Assembly: GCA_038231135.1 (NCBI GenBank)
Contig: JBBRLX010000003.1
Span: forward strand, 184,458-248,457
Length of the DNA stretch: 64,000 nt
Reading direction: 5' to 3'
DNA from: Candidatus Eiseniibacteriota bacterium
GTDB lineage: Bacteria > Eisenbacteria > RBG-16-71-46
Shown in pieces: positions 20,483 to 33,192 of the stretch. A program made the translations under genes and the position numbers. Below the pieces are notes generated by a model. The model made no database searches and was not told the origin of the DNA. It was given only the letters and a program-made list of their open reading frames with translations. The number at the start of each line of letters is the position of its first letter. Within the stretch, counting starts at the first letter, position 1.

Positions 20483-22618
20483 ATGGCGGCCACCCGCACG
20501 ACCCCGGCGGCTTCAGCGCGGAATCATGGCCTTACCTCCGACGATCTGATCGGGCTGTACCGCACCATGCTGACATCCCGGAAGCTGGACGACGAGGAGA
20601 TCCGGCTCAAGAAGCTGGACAAGACGTTCTTCCAGATATCGGGCGCCGGCCACGAGGCGGTGCTGGCGGCGGCCGGGAAGGTCATGCGCCCCGGGTACGA
20701 CTGGTTCTACCCGTACTACCGCGATCGCGCCCTGTGCCTGCAGCTCGGGATGACGCCGCGCGAGATGCTGCTGTCGGCGGTGGCGTCGGCCGAGGACCCG
20801 AATTCGGGCGGCCGGCAGATGCCCAGCCACTGGGGCCACAAGCAGCTCAACATCGTGTCCCAGTCGAGCCCCACGGGCACCCAGTTCCTGCAGGCGGTCG
20901 GCGCGGCGGAGGCGCTCGTGAAGTACGCCGAGCTCAGCCCCCAGCACCCGGCGCTCGCCGGCAAGGTCCAGGGCGATGAAGTGGTGTACGTGTCGGCCGG
21001 GGACGGCACCACCAGCGAAGGCGAGTTCTGGGAGGCGCTCAACACCGCGTGCAATCTCAAGCTGCCGGTGCTGTTCCTCATCGAGGACAACGGGTATGCG
21101 ATCTCGGTGCCGGTCGACGTGCAGACCGCGGGCGGGAACGTCGCGCAGCTCGTGCGCAACTTTCCCGATCTCAAGTGGGTCGGGGAGATCGACGGCAACG
21201 ATCCCGTCGAATCGTATGGAATCCTGAAGGAGGCCGTCGAGTACTGCCGCAGCCGCAAGGGTCCCGCGTTCGTGCGTGCGCTCGTCACGCGGCCGTACTC
21301 GCATTCGATGTCCGACGACGACAGCAAGTACAAGTCGAAGGCCGAACGCGACGCCGAGGCCGGCAAGGACTGCCTCAAGATGTTCGCGCGCCACCTGGTC
21401 GACGACGGCGTGCTCACGCAGGACGCGCTCGACACGCTGCACCTGCAAGTCGAGACCTCGGTGCGCGCGGCGGCGGAAGCCGCGCTGACGAGCTCGCAGC
21501 CGGCGCTGTCCACCGTCTCTGACTTCGTGTTCTCGCCCGACGTCGATCCGGCCTCCGACCGGTTCGCGACCGAGCCCCAGCCCGTCACCGGCTCCCAGCC
21601 CGAGACGATGCTCCAGAGCATCAACTACTGCCTGCGCGACGAGATGCAGCGCGACGCGCACATCATCCTGTTCGGCGAGGACGTCGCGGACGCCTCGCAC
21701 GAGGAGGTGCTCGGCGAGATCAAGGGCAAGGGCGGCGTGTTCGGCGTGACCTGGGGGCTGCAGAAGCAGTTCGGCGGCGCGCGCGTGTACAACTCGCCGC
21801 TGGCCGAGGCGAACATCGTGGGCCGCGCGATCGGGCTCGCGACGCTCGGGTTCAAACCGGTCGTCGAGATCCAGTTCTTCGACTACATCTGGCCGGCGAT
21901 GATGCAGATCCGCAACGAGCTGTGCTACATGCGGTACCGCTCGAACAACGCGTTCTCGTGCCCGGTCGTGATCCGGACCGCGTACGGTGGCTACCTGCGC
22001 GGCGGCGCCCCGTACCACAGCCAGTGCGGCGAGAGCATCTTCGCCCATTGCCCGGGGCTGCGCGTGGTGCTGCCCAGCCACGCGGCCGACGCGGTCGGGC
22101 TGATGCGCACCGCGGTGCGCTGCAACGATCCGGTGCTGTTCCTCGAACACAAGCACCTGTACCGGCAGCCCTACGCGAAGGCGCCGTATCCCGGCCCCGA
22201 CTACATGCTGCCGTTCGGGCGTGCCCGTGTGGTGCGCGCGGGCACCGACGTGACGGTGGTGACGTACGGCGCCATGGTGCAGCGCAGCTACCTCGCCGCG
22301 AACGAGCTGGCGGAGGAGGGCATCGAGACCGAGGTGCTGGACCTGCGCACCCTGCAGCCGCTCGACTTCGAGTCGGTGGCGCGGTCGGTGAAGAAGACCG
22401 GCCGCGTGATCGTGGCGCACGAGGACACGCTGTTCTGCGGCTACGGCGGCGAAGTCGCGGCCCGCATCGCGTCCGAGTGCTTCATGGATCTCGACGCGCC
22501 GGTGCGGCGCGTCGCGGCGCTCGACACTCCGGTGGCCTATGCGCCGACGCTCGAGGACGTGATCCTGCCGCAGAAGGACACCATGCTGAAGGCGATTCGC
22601 GAGATCGCCGCGTTCTGA
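20483..22618 (+). CDS. 2-oxoacid dehydrogenase E1 with fused alpha and beta subunits (branched-chain type likely)
   Basis: GAGHEA, PYYRD, GRQMPSH, TPP motif GDG…EDN, HSMSDD; beta half [39 protein letters not shown] before ATG 20483. Confidence 0.93.
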   Translation: MAATRTTPAASARNHGLTSDDLIGLYRTMLTSRKLDDEEIRLKKLDKTFFQISGAGHEAVLAAAGKVMRPGYDWFYPYYRDRALCLQLGMTPREMLLSAVASAEDPNSGGRQMPSHWGHKQLNIVSQSSPTGTQFLQAVGAAEALVKYAELSPQHPALAGKVQGDEVVYVSAGDGTTSEGEFWEALNTACNLKLPVLFLIEDNGYAISVPVDVQTAGGNVAQLVRNFPDLKWVGEIDGNDPVESYGILKEAVEYCRSRKGPAFVRALVTRPYSHSMSDDDSKYKSKAERDAEAGKDCLKMFARHLVDDGVLTQDALDTLHLQVETSVRAAAEAALTSSQPALSTVSDFVFSPDVDPASDRFATEPQPVTGSQPETMLQSINYCLRDEMQRDAHIILFGEDVADASHEEVLGEIKGKGGVFGVTWGLQKQFGGARVYNSPLAEANIVGRAIGLATLGFKPVVEIQFFDYIWPAMMQIRNELCYMRYRSNNAFSCPVVIRTAYGGYLRGGAPYHSQCGESIFAHCPGLRVVLPSHAADAVGLMRTAVRCNDPVLFLEHKHLYRQPYAKAPYPGPDYMLPFGRARVVRAGTDVTVVTYGAMVQRSYLAANELAEEGIETEVLDLRTLQPLDFESVARSVKKTGRVIVAHEDTLFCGYGGEVAARIASECFMDLDAPVRRVAALDTPVAYAPTLEDVILPQKDTMLKAIREIAAF

Positions 22619-22625
22619 CGTCCTC

Positions 22626-23243
22626 ATGGAGCGCGTCGGCATCCTGATCTTCGACGACGTCGAAGTCCTCGACTTCGCCGGTCCGTTCGAGGTGTTCTCG
22701 CGCACGCGCCTCGTGCCGGGCGCGGACTCGCGCCGCAGCCAGGCGGACGCCCCGTTCGACGTGTTCACCGTCGCCCGCACCCACGCGCCCGTCATCGCGA
22801 CCGGCGGGCTGGTCGTCACGCCCACGTTCGCGTTCGCGGACGCGCCGCCCATCGACATCCTCGTCGTGCCCGGCGGGTTCGGCACGCGGCCGCTGCTCGA
22901 CGACGCTCAGACGCTCGAGTGGATCGCCGCGCGCTCGTCCGCGGCCCGGCTCACGACCTCGGTGTGCACGGGCTCGCTGCTGCTCGCGAAGGCCGGGCTG
23001 CTCGAGGGCCGCCGCGCCACGACACACTGGGCGGCGCTCGACACGCTCGCCATGCTCCACGATCCCGCGCTCGTCGAGCGCGAGCGGCGCGTGGTCGAGG
23101 ACGTCGTGGTCACGTCAGCCGGTGTCGCCGCCGGCATTGACATGGCGTTCCGCGTCGTCGAACGGCGCTGCGGCCGCGCGGTGGCCGAGGAGACGGCGCA
23201 CTACATCGAATACCCGCTCGACCGCGCGAGTCATGTCCGCTGA
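22626..23243 (+). CDS. DJ-1/PfpI family protein (isonitrile hydratase-like)
   Basis: [38 protein letters not shown]. Confidence 0.9.
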   Translation: MERVGILIFDDVEVLDFAGPFEVFSRTRLVPGADSRRSQADAPFDVFTVARTHAPVIATGGLVVTPTFAFADAPPIDILVVPGGFGTRPLLDDAQTLEWIAARSSAARLTTSVCTGSLLLAKAGLLEGRRATTHWAALDTLAMLHDPALVERERRVVEDVVVTSAGVAAGIDMAFRVVERRCGRAVAEETAHYIEYPLDRASHVR

Positions 23244-24048
23244 CGAGGAGACCGAGAACCCCGGGCCGGCGCCCGATGCCGCCGGCGTGCGGGAGTTCAA
23301 CCGGCGGGCGTGGGACACGCTGGTGTCGCGCGGCAACCGCTGGACCGTCCCGGTCGATGCCGCGACGATCGCCGCCGCGCGGCGCGGCGAATGGAGCATC
23401 GTGCTCACCCCGACCCGGCCGGTGCCGCGCGACTGGTTCCCGCCGCTCGCGGGACTCGACGTGCTGTGCCTCGCGTCGGGCGGCGGGCAGCAGGCGCCGA
23501 TCCTCGCCGCCGCCGGCGCGCGCGTCACGGTGCTCGACAACTCGCCCGCCCAGCTCGCGCAGGACCGCCACGTCGCCGGGCGCGACGCCCTCGAGCTGCG
23601 CACCGTCGAGGGCGACATGGCGGATCTGAGCGGCTTCGCGGCGGCGACGTTCGGACTGGTGTTCCACCCGTGCTCGAACGTGTTCGTGCCCGACGTGCGG
23701 CCGGTGTGGCGCGAGGCGTTCCGGGTGCTGAGACCCGGCGGCGTGCTGCTCGCGGGGATCGTCCATCCGGTGCGGTTCATCTTCGACGAGGCACGCGCCG
23801 ACCGCGGCGAGCTGGTGGTCCGCCACACGCTGCCGTACACGGACCTCGGCAGTCTCGAGCCCGCGGAGTATCGCGAGTTCCTGGCCACGGGCGAGCCCCT
23901 GGCGTTCAGCCACTCGCTCGAAGACCAGCTCGGCGGCCAGCTCGAGGCCGGCTTCGTGCTCACCGCACTGTTCGAGGACACGGCACCCGACTCGGCCATG
24001 TCCCGCTACTTCCCGCCGTTCCTGGCGACGCGCGCGATCAAGCCCTGA
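23233..24048 (+). CDS. Class I SAM-dependent methyltransferase
   Basis: Motif [27 protein letters not shown] 23233 overlaps the end of the DJ-1 gene. Confidence 0.88.
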   Translation: MSADEETENPGPAPDAAGVREFNRRAWDTLVSRGNRWTVPVDAATIAAARRGEWSIVLTPTRPVPRDWFPPLAGLDVLCLASGGGQQAPILAAAGARVTVLDNSPAQLAQDRHVAGRDALELRTVEGDMADLSGFAAATFGLVFHPCSNVFVPDVRPVWREAFRVLRPGGVLLAGIVHPVRFIFDEARADRGELVVRHTLPYTDLGSLEPAEYREFLATGEPLAFSHSLEDQLGGQLEAGFVLTALFEDTAPDSAMSRYFPPFLATRAIKP

Positions 24049-24209
24049 ACCGCCGCGTCCGCTTCGGAATCGCGCCTCCCCGTGGCATCATGAGGGTTCG
24101 CAGCCGCCGCGATTCGCCGCGGCGTTCGAGACCGGCACCGCAGGCGACGTTCGTCTAGTCCCGTGACCGCGAGGGCTCCGGAACCGGGCATTGGCAGGGG
24201 GAACTGGCT

Positions 24210-25169
24210 ATGGGGCGCATCTACGACAGCATTGCCGACACCATCGGCCGCACGCCGCTCGTGCGCATGCAGCGCATGCAGCAGGGGTTGCAGGCGCAAG
24301 TCCTGCTCAAGCTCGAATCGTTCAATCCCATGTCGTCGGTGAAGGATCGCATCGGGTACTCGATGATCAAGGACGCGCTGGAACGCGGGACGATCCAACC
24401 CGGCGTCACCACGGTGATCGAGCCGACGTCCGGGAACACCGGCATCGGGCTCGCGTTCATCTGCGCGACCCACGGCATTCCGCTCGTGATGGCGATGCCG
24501 GAAACGATGTCGGTCGAGCGCCGCAAGATCCTGCTGGCGTTCGGTGCGCGACTCGAGCTCACGGACGGCACCAAGGGCATGAAGGGCGCGATCGCCCGCG
24601 CCGAGGAGCTGAAGCAGGAGATCCCGAACTCGATCATCATCGGCCAGTTCGAGAACCCGGCGAATCCCAGGATCCACCGCGAGACCACCGCCGTCGAGAT
24701 CTGGGACGACACCGACGGCAAGGTCGATGGGCTCGTCACCGGCGTCGGCACCGGGGGCACGATCACCGGCGTCGCAGAGGTCATCAAGGCGCGCAAGCCG
24801 TCGTTCCGGGCGATCGCGGTGGAGCCCAAGGATTCGCCCGTGTTGTCGGGCGGCGCTCCCGGGCCGCACAAGATCCAGGGCATCGGCGCGGGCTTCGTGC
24901 CGAAGATCCTGCGCGTCGATCTGATCGACGAGGTGGTGCAGGTCACGAACGACGACGCGTTCGCCGTCGCGCGCCGGTTGTGCCGTGAGGAGGGCGTGAT
25001 GGTCGGCATCTCGTCGGGCGCCGTGGTGTGGGCCGCGATGGAAGTCGCGCGGCGGCCGGACATGGCGGGCAAGCTGCTCGTGGCCGTGTGCGCGGACCAC
25101 GGCGAGCGGTATATGTCGACGCCGCTGTTCGACTACCCGCAGCCGGCCACCTTGGCCGGGAGCGTGTGA
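24210..25169 (+). CDS. cysK: Cysteine synthase A
   Basis: IGRTPLV, PLP lysine [49 protein letters not shown]. Confidence 0.96.
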   Translation: MGRIYDSIADTIGRTPLVRMQRMQQGLQAQVLLKLESFNPMSSVKDRIGYSMIKDALERGTIQPGVTTVIEPTSGNTGIGLAFICATHGIPLVMAMPETMSVERRKILLAFGARLELTDGTKGMKGAIARAEELKQEIPNSIIIGQFENPANPRIHRETTAVEIWDDTDGKVDGLVTGVGTGGTITGVAEVIKARKPSFRAIAVEPKDSPVLSGGAPGPHKIQGIGAGFVPKILRVDLIDEVVQVTNDDAFAVARRLCREEGVMVGISSGAVVWAAMEVARRPDMAGKLLVAVCADHGERYMSTPLFDYPQPATLAGSV

Positions 25170-25182
25170 TCGGGTCGCGGCG

Positions 25183-25947
25183 ATGCGTCTCGCGGAGGAC
25201 ATCCGCACCATCCGGGAGCAGGACCCCGCGGCCCGCGGCACGCTCGAGATCCTGCTGTGCTATCCGGGCCTGCACGTGCTGTGGATGTACCGCATCGCGC
25301 ACCGGCTGTGGCGGCTCGGCGTGCCGGTGCTGCCGCGGTGGGTATCGCACGTCGCGCGGTTTCTGACCGGCATCGAGATCCATCCCGGCGCGCGCATCGG
25401 ACGGAAGGTGTTCATCGACCACGGCATGGGCGTCGTCATCGGGGAAACCGCCCAGGTGGGGGACGGCTGCGTGATCTACCAGGGTGTCACGCTGGGTGGG
25501 ACGAGCCTCCACAAGGGCAAGCGGCACCCGACGATCGAGGCCTGCGTGGTGATCGGGGCAGGCGCAAGCGTGATGGGTAACATCGTGATCGGCCGCGAGT
25601 CGCGCATCGGCGCGGGCTCGGTGGTCGTCAAATCCGCGCCGCCCCGGTCCACGATCGTGGGCGTGCCGGGACGGATCGTGGGGGAGCGCGAGGTGTCGCA
25701 GCCGGACCTGGCGCGCGAGCCCGAAATGGATCACATGCCCGACACCACGGCGAAGACGATCACGGCGCTCCACGGCCACGTCCAGGAACTGGCGCGGCAA
25801 CTCGCGGAGCTGCGGCAGCGTCCCGTCCTGGTCACGACGCCCGAGGGACTCACCGAGGCCGAGGTCGCGCACGCGTTCCGCGCCATGAGCGCGAGCGCGG
25901 GTGACGGAGACCCGAACGCGGTGTTCCTCGAGGGCGCCGGGATCTGA
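25183..25947 (+). CDS. cysE: Serine O-acetyltransferase
   Basis: [43 protein letters not shown]-terminal GAGI resembles the CysK-docking GDGI end of E. coli CysE. Confidence 0.95.
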   Translation: MRLAEDIRTIREQDPAARGTLEILLCYPGLHVLWMYRIAHRLWRLGVPVLPRWVSHVARFLTGIEIHPGARIGRKVFIDHGMGVVIGETAQVGDGCVIYQGVTLGGTSLHKGKRHPTIEACVVIGAGASVMGNIVIGRESRIGAGSVVVKSAPPRSTIVGVPGRIVGEREVSQPDLAREPEMDHMPDTTAKTITALHGHVQELARQLAELRQRPVLVTTPEGLTEAEVAHAFRAMSASAGDGDPNAVFLEGAGI

Positions 25948-26055
25948 TTCCGGCGCATGAATTACACGATCCACCGCCCGCACGGCCTCCTCGTCGCCCG
26001 GCGGATACAAACCAGTGCGCTGCCCGGCTTGCGGTTGCAGCTGCGGACGCATCCG

Positions 26056-26071
26056 CGGCACACCGGTTGCT
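26056..26071 (+). promoter_or_regulatory. Sigma-54 (-24/-12) promoter
   Basis: CGGCAC-ACCGG-TTGCT with exact GG-N10-GC spacing, ~110 nt before ATG 26179. Confidence 0.7.
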
Positions 26072-26178
26072 TTACTCCCTCGCGGTGCTTCAACGCGTGA
26101 CTGTCTCGCGGACCATTCCCCCAGGTCCGTGAGGAAGGGTAGCGCGCGACGGCACGAAACCATGACGGGAGGATACCC

Positions 26179-26415
26179 ATGAAGCGGATGTCGAATTGGT
26201 TCAAGGGGCTGTCGGTCGCGCTCACATCGCTCGCGTGGACCGGGCTGGCGCTGGCTCAGACGGATCCGTCCTCGGGAACGACCAGCGGAACCACCACCAC
26301 CACCACCACCAGCACGGCCTGGTACGGGAACTGGTGGGTATGGGCGGTCGGAGTGGCGGTGTTCCTGGTCGTGGTGATCGCACTGACGAATCGCGGCGGT
26401 CGCAGCAGCGCCTAG
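26179..26415 (+). CDS. Small single-pass membrane protein (signal peptide, Thr-rich stalk, Trp-rich TM helix)
   Basis: GGAGG RBS; signal peptide ending ALA; (ACC)7 at 26290-26310; WYGNWWVW followed by a hydrophobic helix and a basic tail. Confidence 0.8.
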   Translation: MKRMSNWFKGLSVALTSLAWTGLALAQTDPSSGTTSGTTTTTTTSTAWYGNWWVWAVGVAVFLVVVIALTNRGGRSSA

Positions 26416-26539
26416 CGGGCAGTCCTGTTGGAATACGCAACGCCGTTCGGGAGTCGACGAGCTACGGCACTTCGCGGTCCGCCGCAGTCGTCACGACCGG
26501 ACGGCGTTCGTGTGTCCGCCTCCGCGCCGCGGCGCCGGC

Positions 26540-28033
26540 TCAACGCGCGGGCGCCTGAGCCTCGCGGTCGATCCGGGCGAAGTCGATGAAGCCCTTCTCG
26601 ACGTTGGTGTGGAGCAGCTTCACCTTCACCCGGTCGCCGACGTCGAGCCCCGTGGCATTGCGCTCCACGCGGCCTTCGACCGGCGGGTGGAAGATGCGCA
26701 CCCACGTGCCCTTCTCGGATGCGCCGGTGACGACGCCGTCGAACTTGTCGCCGATCCGGGAGCTCAGCAGGCACGCCGCCGCGGACTTGCGCACCTGGCG
26801 CTCCACTTTCTGCGCGTCGTCCTCCTTCTGCGTGCAGTGGGTGGCGAGCGCTTCGAGTTGATCGCGGCTGAGCGGCACCGGAGCGCCCGCCAGCGCGGCC
26901 TTGAGCAGCCGCTGCGTGATCAGGTCGGGATACCGGCGGTTGGGCGCCGTGGAATGCGTGTACTCCGTCACCGCCAGGCCGAAATGGCCGGTGATCGGCT
27001 CGCCCGGCAGGCTCGCCACGTACTCGCCGCTGCCCAGCAGCTTGATGATCGACAGCGACAGGTCGGGGAATCGCAGCGCATCCGCCGCACGGCGGCGCAC
27101 CAGGAACTGGTGCAGCGCCACCGGGTCGGGTTTCTCGGGCAGCGAGTCGCCCAGCGCGACCGCGATGTCCACGATCCGCGGCCAGCGCGCCGGCGTGCGC
27201 ACCACGCGGCGCAGCACCGGGAACTTGCGCTGCTCGAGGAACGCGGCGATCGTGCTGTTTGCCGCGATCATGAAGTCCTCGATCAGGTCGCGCGCCCGGT
27301 TGCGCCGCTCGGCCTCGAGCGTCGCCACGGCGTCGCCGTCGAACGTCGCCTTCACCTCGAGCGATTCGAATTCCAGCGCGCCCAGGACATGCCGGCGCTC
27401 CTTGAGCTTCTGCGCCGCGCGGTCCTGGACCCGCAGGTTGTCGTCGAGACCCGGCACGGCAGTGAGCGCCGCCGGCGCCGCGCCCGTGCCTTCGAGCCAG
27501 GCTCCGACCGACGGATACGCCAGCTTGGCCTGGTTCCGCACCCGGGCCGGATACACCTCGGACGCCGTCACCTGGCCGTCCGGGCCGACCGTCATCTCCA
27601 CCACCATCGCGAGCCGGTCGTCGTCCGGATTGAGTGACGTGAGGTCGGTGCTCAGCCGCTCGGGGAGCATCGGGAAGATCCGGGCCGGGGTGTAGATCGA
27701 CGTGGTGTTCGCGACGGCGTGATCGTCGACCGCGGACCCCGGTTCGACGAGCGCGCTCACGTTCGCGATCGCGACGAGGATCCGCAGGGTATCGCCCTCC
27801 TGGGGCCGCGCGACCGTGAGCTGGTCGAGATCGCGCGAGTCGTCGTTGTCGATCGAGCACCACGGCAGGTCGCGCAGGTCACGGGCGGTGGCGCCGTCCG
27901 CGGGGTGGGCCGGCAACCGCTGGACCTCGGCCATCACGGCGGGGGTGAATTCGGGCTGGAAGCCGCGGTCGATCATCGCCTGCTTCGCGATGCGCTGCAG
28001 GATGCTGCGCTGGGAACTCTGATTCGGGCTCAT
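26540..28033 (-). CDS. RNB-domain exoribonuclease (RNase II/R family, no N-terminal CSD)
   Basis: Catalytic SIDNDDSRDLDQ, LIEDFMIAAN, HFGLA, YTHSTAPNRRYPDL, C-terminal S1-like domain. Confidence 0.92.
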   Translation of the reverse strand: MSPNQSSQRSILQRIAKQAMIDRGFQPEFTPAVMAEVQRLPAHPADGATARDLRDLPWCSIDNDDSRDLDQLTVARPQEGDTLRILVAIANVSALVEPGSAVDDHAVANTTSIYTPARIFPMLPERLSTDLTSLNPDDDRLAMVVEMTVGPDGQVTASEVYPARVRNQAKLAYPSVGAWLEGTGAAPAALTAVPGLDDNLRVQDRAAQKLKERRHVLGALEFESLEVKATFDGDAVATLEAERRNRARDLIEDFMIAANSTIAAFLEQRKFPVLRRVVRTPARWPRIVDIAVALGDSLPEKPDPVALHQFLVRRRAADALRFPDLSLSIIKLLGSGEYVASLPGEPITGHFGLAVTEYTHSTAPNRRYPDLITQRLLKAALAGAPVPLSRDQLEALATHCTQKEDDAQKVERQVRKSAAACLLSSRIGDKFDGVVTGASEKGTWVRIFHPPVEGRVERNATGLDVGDRVKVKLLHTNVEKGFIDFARIDREAQAPAR

Positions 28034-28143
28034 GGTCGCACTCTACACGCGCCGCGCGCTCCGGACGAACGGCGGCGACGCTGCCGGCCGGCCGTGGAAT
28101 CGTGACCCCGGGCGCACAGGTTCGCCCCGGATCCCCTGGGCCA

Positions 28144-28974
28144 TCAGTCCCGGGTGTTCACCCGCGGCGTGGGTGGCGGCTGCGGGTCGCAGGTTGTCGT
28201 GGTGTGCGCGAACGCCGGAGTCGTCGCACCGTCGGCACCCACGTTGGGCGCCATCGAACGCTTGAGCGCCGCGAGCGCCTCGTCGGGCTGGTCGACGAAG
28301 CAGAACAGGTTCAGATCCTCGGCGGCGATCATGCCGTGACGCACGAACGCGTCGAAGTTCAGGATCTCGCGCCAGTACTCCGACCCGTACAGCAGGATCG
28401 CAATCGGCGGCGTCAGCTTGCGCGTCTGCGACAGCGTGAGCAGCTCGAACACCTCGTCCATCGTGCCGAATCCGCCGGGGAACGCGACGATCGCGCGGGC
28501 CAGATGCGCGAACCACAGCTTGCGCATGAAGAAGTAGTGGAACTCGAACGACAGCCCGGGCGTGATGTAGGGGTTCGGCCGCTGCTCGTGCGGGAGCCCG
28601 ATGTTGAGCCCGATCGTGCGGCCGCCGGCGTCGAGCGCCCCGCGGTTCGCGGCCTCCATGATGCCCGGGCCGCCGCCGGTGCAGACCAGGAACCGTTTCG
28701 CCGGCGCGGGCAGGGTCGCGGACCATTCGGTGAGCAGCCGCGCCAGCTCGCGGGCGTCGCGATAGTAGCGGGCGAGCGGGCCATCCTCGCTCAGCCGGGC
28801 GGAGCCGAAGAACACCACCGTCTCGCGCACCCGCTGGCGCCGGAACGCCTGCATGGGCTGCAGGTATTCGGCGAGGATCCGCAGCGGGCGGCCGTCGTCG
28901 CTGTCGAGGAACGCCGCATCGTGATAGGCGAGGGGCGGATTCGAGGGGTCGCCGGGCGGCTGGGGATCGCTCAT
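28144..28974 (-). CDS. LOG-family nucleotide phosphoribohydrolase (type II-like)
   Basis: FFGSAR, TGGGPGIMEAANRGA, GLNIGLPHEQ, YFFMRK, PGGFGTMDE. Confidence 0.92.
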   Translation of the reverse strand: MSDPQPPGDPSNPPLAYHDAAFLDSDDGRPLRILAEYLQPMQAFRRQRVRETVVFFGSARLSEDGPLARYYRDARELARLLTEWSATLPAPAKRFLVCTGGGPGIMEAANRGALDAGGRTIGLNIGLPHEQRPNPYITPGLSFEFHYFFMRKLWFAHLARAIVAFPGGFGTMDEVFELLTLSQTRKLTPPIAILLYGSEYWREILNFDAFVRHGMIAAEDLNLFCFVDQPDEALAALKRSMAPNVGADGATTPAFAHTTTTCDPQPPPTPRVNTRD

Positions 28975-29074
28975 CGCGCCAGCCTATCATGGGCGGCCGC
29001 CGAAATCGCTCCGCCCGAGGCGGCCACGCGGGCGAACGTCGAGGCGGTCATGGCGGTTCGACCGTCGCCGCCGG

Positions 29075-31561
29075 TCAGTGCGCGGGTGCGACCGCCGCGG
29101 CCGGCGCCAGCACCTGCTCCGACTCCTTCACACGCTCGATGCGCCGCCAGTCGGTGAGGAACGGAACGTAGGCGTGGTTCGCCCAGTCCGATTCGCGATC
29201 GACGGCGTGCCGGCTCCCCGGGTCGCCGGAATTACCCGGCGTGATGATGCCGTAGGACACCCCGGGCTGCGCGAGATCGACGACGTGACGGAACACCGGC
29301 CCGTGCCCGAACCGATTCGTCCACGGCAGCGACGACGCACCGACGCACACCGTGCTGTTGTCGCCGTCGGCGCCGATCAGCGGCGGCTCGAACGCGGGGT
29401 CGAGGCCCTGGAGCGGGTGGCGGAACCGTGCGCGGTGGGCGCGGCCCCATTGCCAGTCCGCGATGGACGGACCCAGCATGGGTTCCAGCCGCGCCAGCGC
29501 GGTGTCGAGCGCCGCCGCCACCGCGCGCGCCGGCCGTTCGAGGTGCCCACCCTCGTCCAGCAGCGCTTCGGGCGCCCGGCCATCGAGCGCCGCCATCGTC
29601 CGTCCGGGGAGGCCCAGCAGGTGCGAGCGGCGCTGCAGTGCGCCGTACCACGCGCGGTACAGGGTGGGCGCCACGCGGTCGCGCCGCACGGTCCCGTCCC
29701 ACGCGCGCAGCGTGTCGAGCGCCGCACGCACCCGGGCCCGGGGCGGCACGCCGAGCGAGTCAAGATCGCGCAGCAGCCGGGGCACGAACCGCTGCGCCCC
29801 GAGCGACACGACGTCGTTCTGCACGCTCGCGAGATCGTCGAGCGTGATGTGAGGGTCGCCGGCGAGCCGCGTGTCGATCCGTCGTGCGCGGTCGTGGGCC
29901 CAGTCATAGCGCGGCCAGTCCGGGGCGCCGGGCGTGCGTACCGGCAGGTTGTTCGAGTTCACGACGAAGCCGGTGGCGGGCGCCTCCCACGCGGGCATCG
30001 CGGCGGGCGCGATGAATCCGCTCCATTCGTGCCGCCCGTCGCCGGGCAGCACGCCGCGCGCCGCCGGAAACCGCCGGAGCGGCACCCGGCCCACGGCCTG
30101 GTAGCGCACGTGGCCGTCGACGTCGGCGGCCACCACGTTGAGGCCCGGGGTCACCTGATCGAGGTAGCGGGCCGTCAACTCCGCCGCGGATCCCGACCGC
30201 TCGAGGCCGATCAGCCTCGCGAGCGAGATCGCCGCGTCGTCGCAGGCCCATCGCACCGCGAGTGCCAGGTGATGGTGCGGGTCGTACACCAGCACGGGCC
30301 CGTGGGGCGTGTAGCGGCGGGTCTGGCCGAACAACGGCACCGTGAACCCCCCCGGCAGCGTCAGCCGCATCGAGAACGGCGCGGTGCGCACCGGCGCCCA
30401 GCCGCCGTTCCAGCGCACGCGCCGGCCGTCCTGGGACAGTGTGTCCGCATACACGTCCACCACGTCCGCCCCCAACGCGGTGATGCCCCACGCCACGCGG
30501 GCATTGCGTCCGCTGACGACCACGGGCACGCCGGGCAGCGCGGCGCCGATCGCGTCGACGCCGCCCGCGAGCGACACATGGACGACGTGGAGCGGGTCCG
30601 GTGATTCGAGCACCAGGTGGGGATCGTTTGCGAGCATCGGCCTGCCGCTCACACTGCGGCGGGCGCCGACCGCGAACACGTTGCTCGCGCGCAGCTCGGG
30701 ATCGTCGGTCGCCGGCGAGCGCCACACGCCGAGCGCCCGGCGGGCTCGCTCAGCCCAGTCGCCGGCCGCGAGCGTGGCGGGACTCGTGCGCGTCCCGGCG
30801 GTCGCGGGTGCCGGACCACCGGCGGCGTTCGAGGCGCCGGCGGCGGCCGGCGGACCGGCGCCGTCGGGAATCGTGCGGTAGGTGAGCGTGTTCTCGAATC
30901 GATAGCACGAGTCCACCCAGGCGCGGCCATGCCGTGCGATCGCGTCGCTCTCCTCGAGCTCCGGAGTCGCGAAATCGAGCACCAGGCCCTGCGACAGGAT
31001 CATGAGATAGGTGTCCTCGGGCGACCATGGATCGGCGGTCTTCCCGAGCCGGGTGAACTCGCGCGGCCACGGACGGAGACCGCGCCGGCACTCGTCGATG
31101 TAGGCGTTCACGCCGGCCGCGTAGCACTCGAGCGCCGACCGCACCGCGGGCTGCTGGCGGTCACGTTCCCAGATGCGGTGGGCGCGGGCGGCCAGCTCGA
31201 ACAGCTGGGCGCCGCCGTCGTCGTGAAGCTTCGCATTGCCGAGCCACTGCCACAGCTCGCCGCGCGCGGCGCGGCGGTCGTACTCGAGCTGCCACAGGCG
31301 GTCGCGGGCCGTGACCCAGCCCCAGCCGTAGTAGAGGTCGTCCAGCGTCGATGCGCGCACGTGGGGAATACCCCAGCGATCGGTGACGATCCGCACCGGT
31401 TGAGCGGGCCCGGCGGGGGCGGGCTGGGCCGCGGCGGCCAGGCTGCCGGCTTGCGGCGCCGCGGCCGAGACGGGAGCCCCGGGAAGCGCGCCGAGCACCA
31501 GCGCGAGCGCCGCGAGTTTCGCAAGGGCCAGGGCGGGCAGCGCGGCGGCGGGTCGAGTCAT
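29075..31561 (-). CDS. Penicillin acylase family Ntn-hydrolase (peptidase S45), exported
   Basis: Signal peptide from ATG 31561; DRWGIPHV, ARDRLWQL, catalytic Ser in ASNVF, LANDPHL, AWGIT, TPHGP, WGRAH, PGNSG. Confidence 0.9.
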   Translation of the reverse strand: MTRPAAALPALALAKLAALALVLGALPGAPVSAAAPQAGSLAAAAQPAPAGPAQPVRIVTDRWGIPHVRASTLDDLYYGWGWVTARDRLWQLEYDRRAARGELWQWLGNAKLHDDGGAQLFELAARAHRIWERDRQQPAVRSALECYAAGVNAYIDECRRGLRPWPREFTRLGKTADPWSPEDTYLMILSQGLVLDFATPELEESDAIARHGRAWVDSCYRFENTLTYRTIPDGAGPPAAAGASNAAGGPAPATAGTRTSPATLAAGDWAERARRALGVWRSPATDDPELRASNVFAVGARRSVSGRPMLANDPHLVLESPDPLHVVHVSLAGGVDAIGAALPGVPVVVSGRNARVAWGITALGADVVDVYADTLSQDGRRVRWNGGWAPVRTAPFSMRLTLPGGFTVPLFGQTRRYTPHGPVLVYDPHHHLALAVRWACDDAAISLARLIGLERSGSAAELTARYLDQVTPGLNVVAADVDGHVRYQAVGRVPLRRFPAARGVLPGDGRHEWSGFIAPAAMPAWEAPATGFVVNSNNLPVRTPGAPDWPRYDWAHDRARRIDTRLAGDPHITLDDLASVQNDVVSLGAQRFVPRLLRDLDSLGVPPRARVRAALDTLRAWDGTVRRDRVAPTLYRAWYGALQRRSHLLGLPGRTMAALDGRAPEALLDEGGHLERPARAVAAALDTALARLEPMLGPSIADWQWGRAHRARFRHPLQGLDPAFEPPLIGADGDNSTVCVGASSLPWTNRFGHGPVFRHVVDLAQPGVSYGIITPGNSGDPGSRHAVDRESDWANHAYVPFLTDWRRIERVKESEQVLAPAAAVAPAH

Positions 31562-31698
31562 GGCCGACACTGTGCCATCATCCCCGTCGCGGGGTCGAGC
31601 CGGTGGTGAGGCAGCGGCGGCCCCGTGTTCGCGACGGCCTTGGAAGGGAATGCGCATGGGGCAACGCCGCACGGTGAGGCCGGAAGCTGCGCTGCGTC

Positions 31699-33036
<1,338 letters not shown>

Positions 33037-33192
33037 GGGCCGGACGATAGCATGCGCCGCTCCTTGACCGCGACCGGCGCGCCCGCGCACTATTCGATCC
33101 TCAGTCTCTCCGGCCGTTCGAGGCTCCCCGATCCCGCGCGGCCCCGGCGGCCTGGCCCAGAACTCGCGTTCCGCAGCCGTTCCGGAGGTTTC

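Noticed and set aside
24049..24209. Possible SAM or other sulfur riboswitch upstream of cysK
   Set aside because: No SAM-I/II/SAH core motifs recognised; only generic GC hairpins
25167..25185. TGATCGGG at the cysK stop resembles the context of the candidate Sec codon
   Set aside because: cysK is complete at this stop and cysE begins 13 nt later in a different frame, so there is no readthrough case
25957..26100. 47-codon ORF after cysE
   Set aside because: No RBS, atypical codons, and it overlaps the sigma-54 promoter of the next gene
28064..28073. Single LytTR-like box (GACGAACGGC) upstream of the RNB gene
   Set aside because: No partner repeat at 21 bp and a different distance from the -10 box; likely chance
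33050..33192. preQ1 riboswitch upstream of queF
   Set aside because: No GGTTC-loop stem or A-rich 3' tail of preQ1-I and no recognisable class II/III pattern
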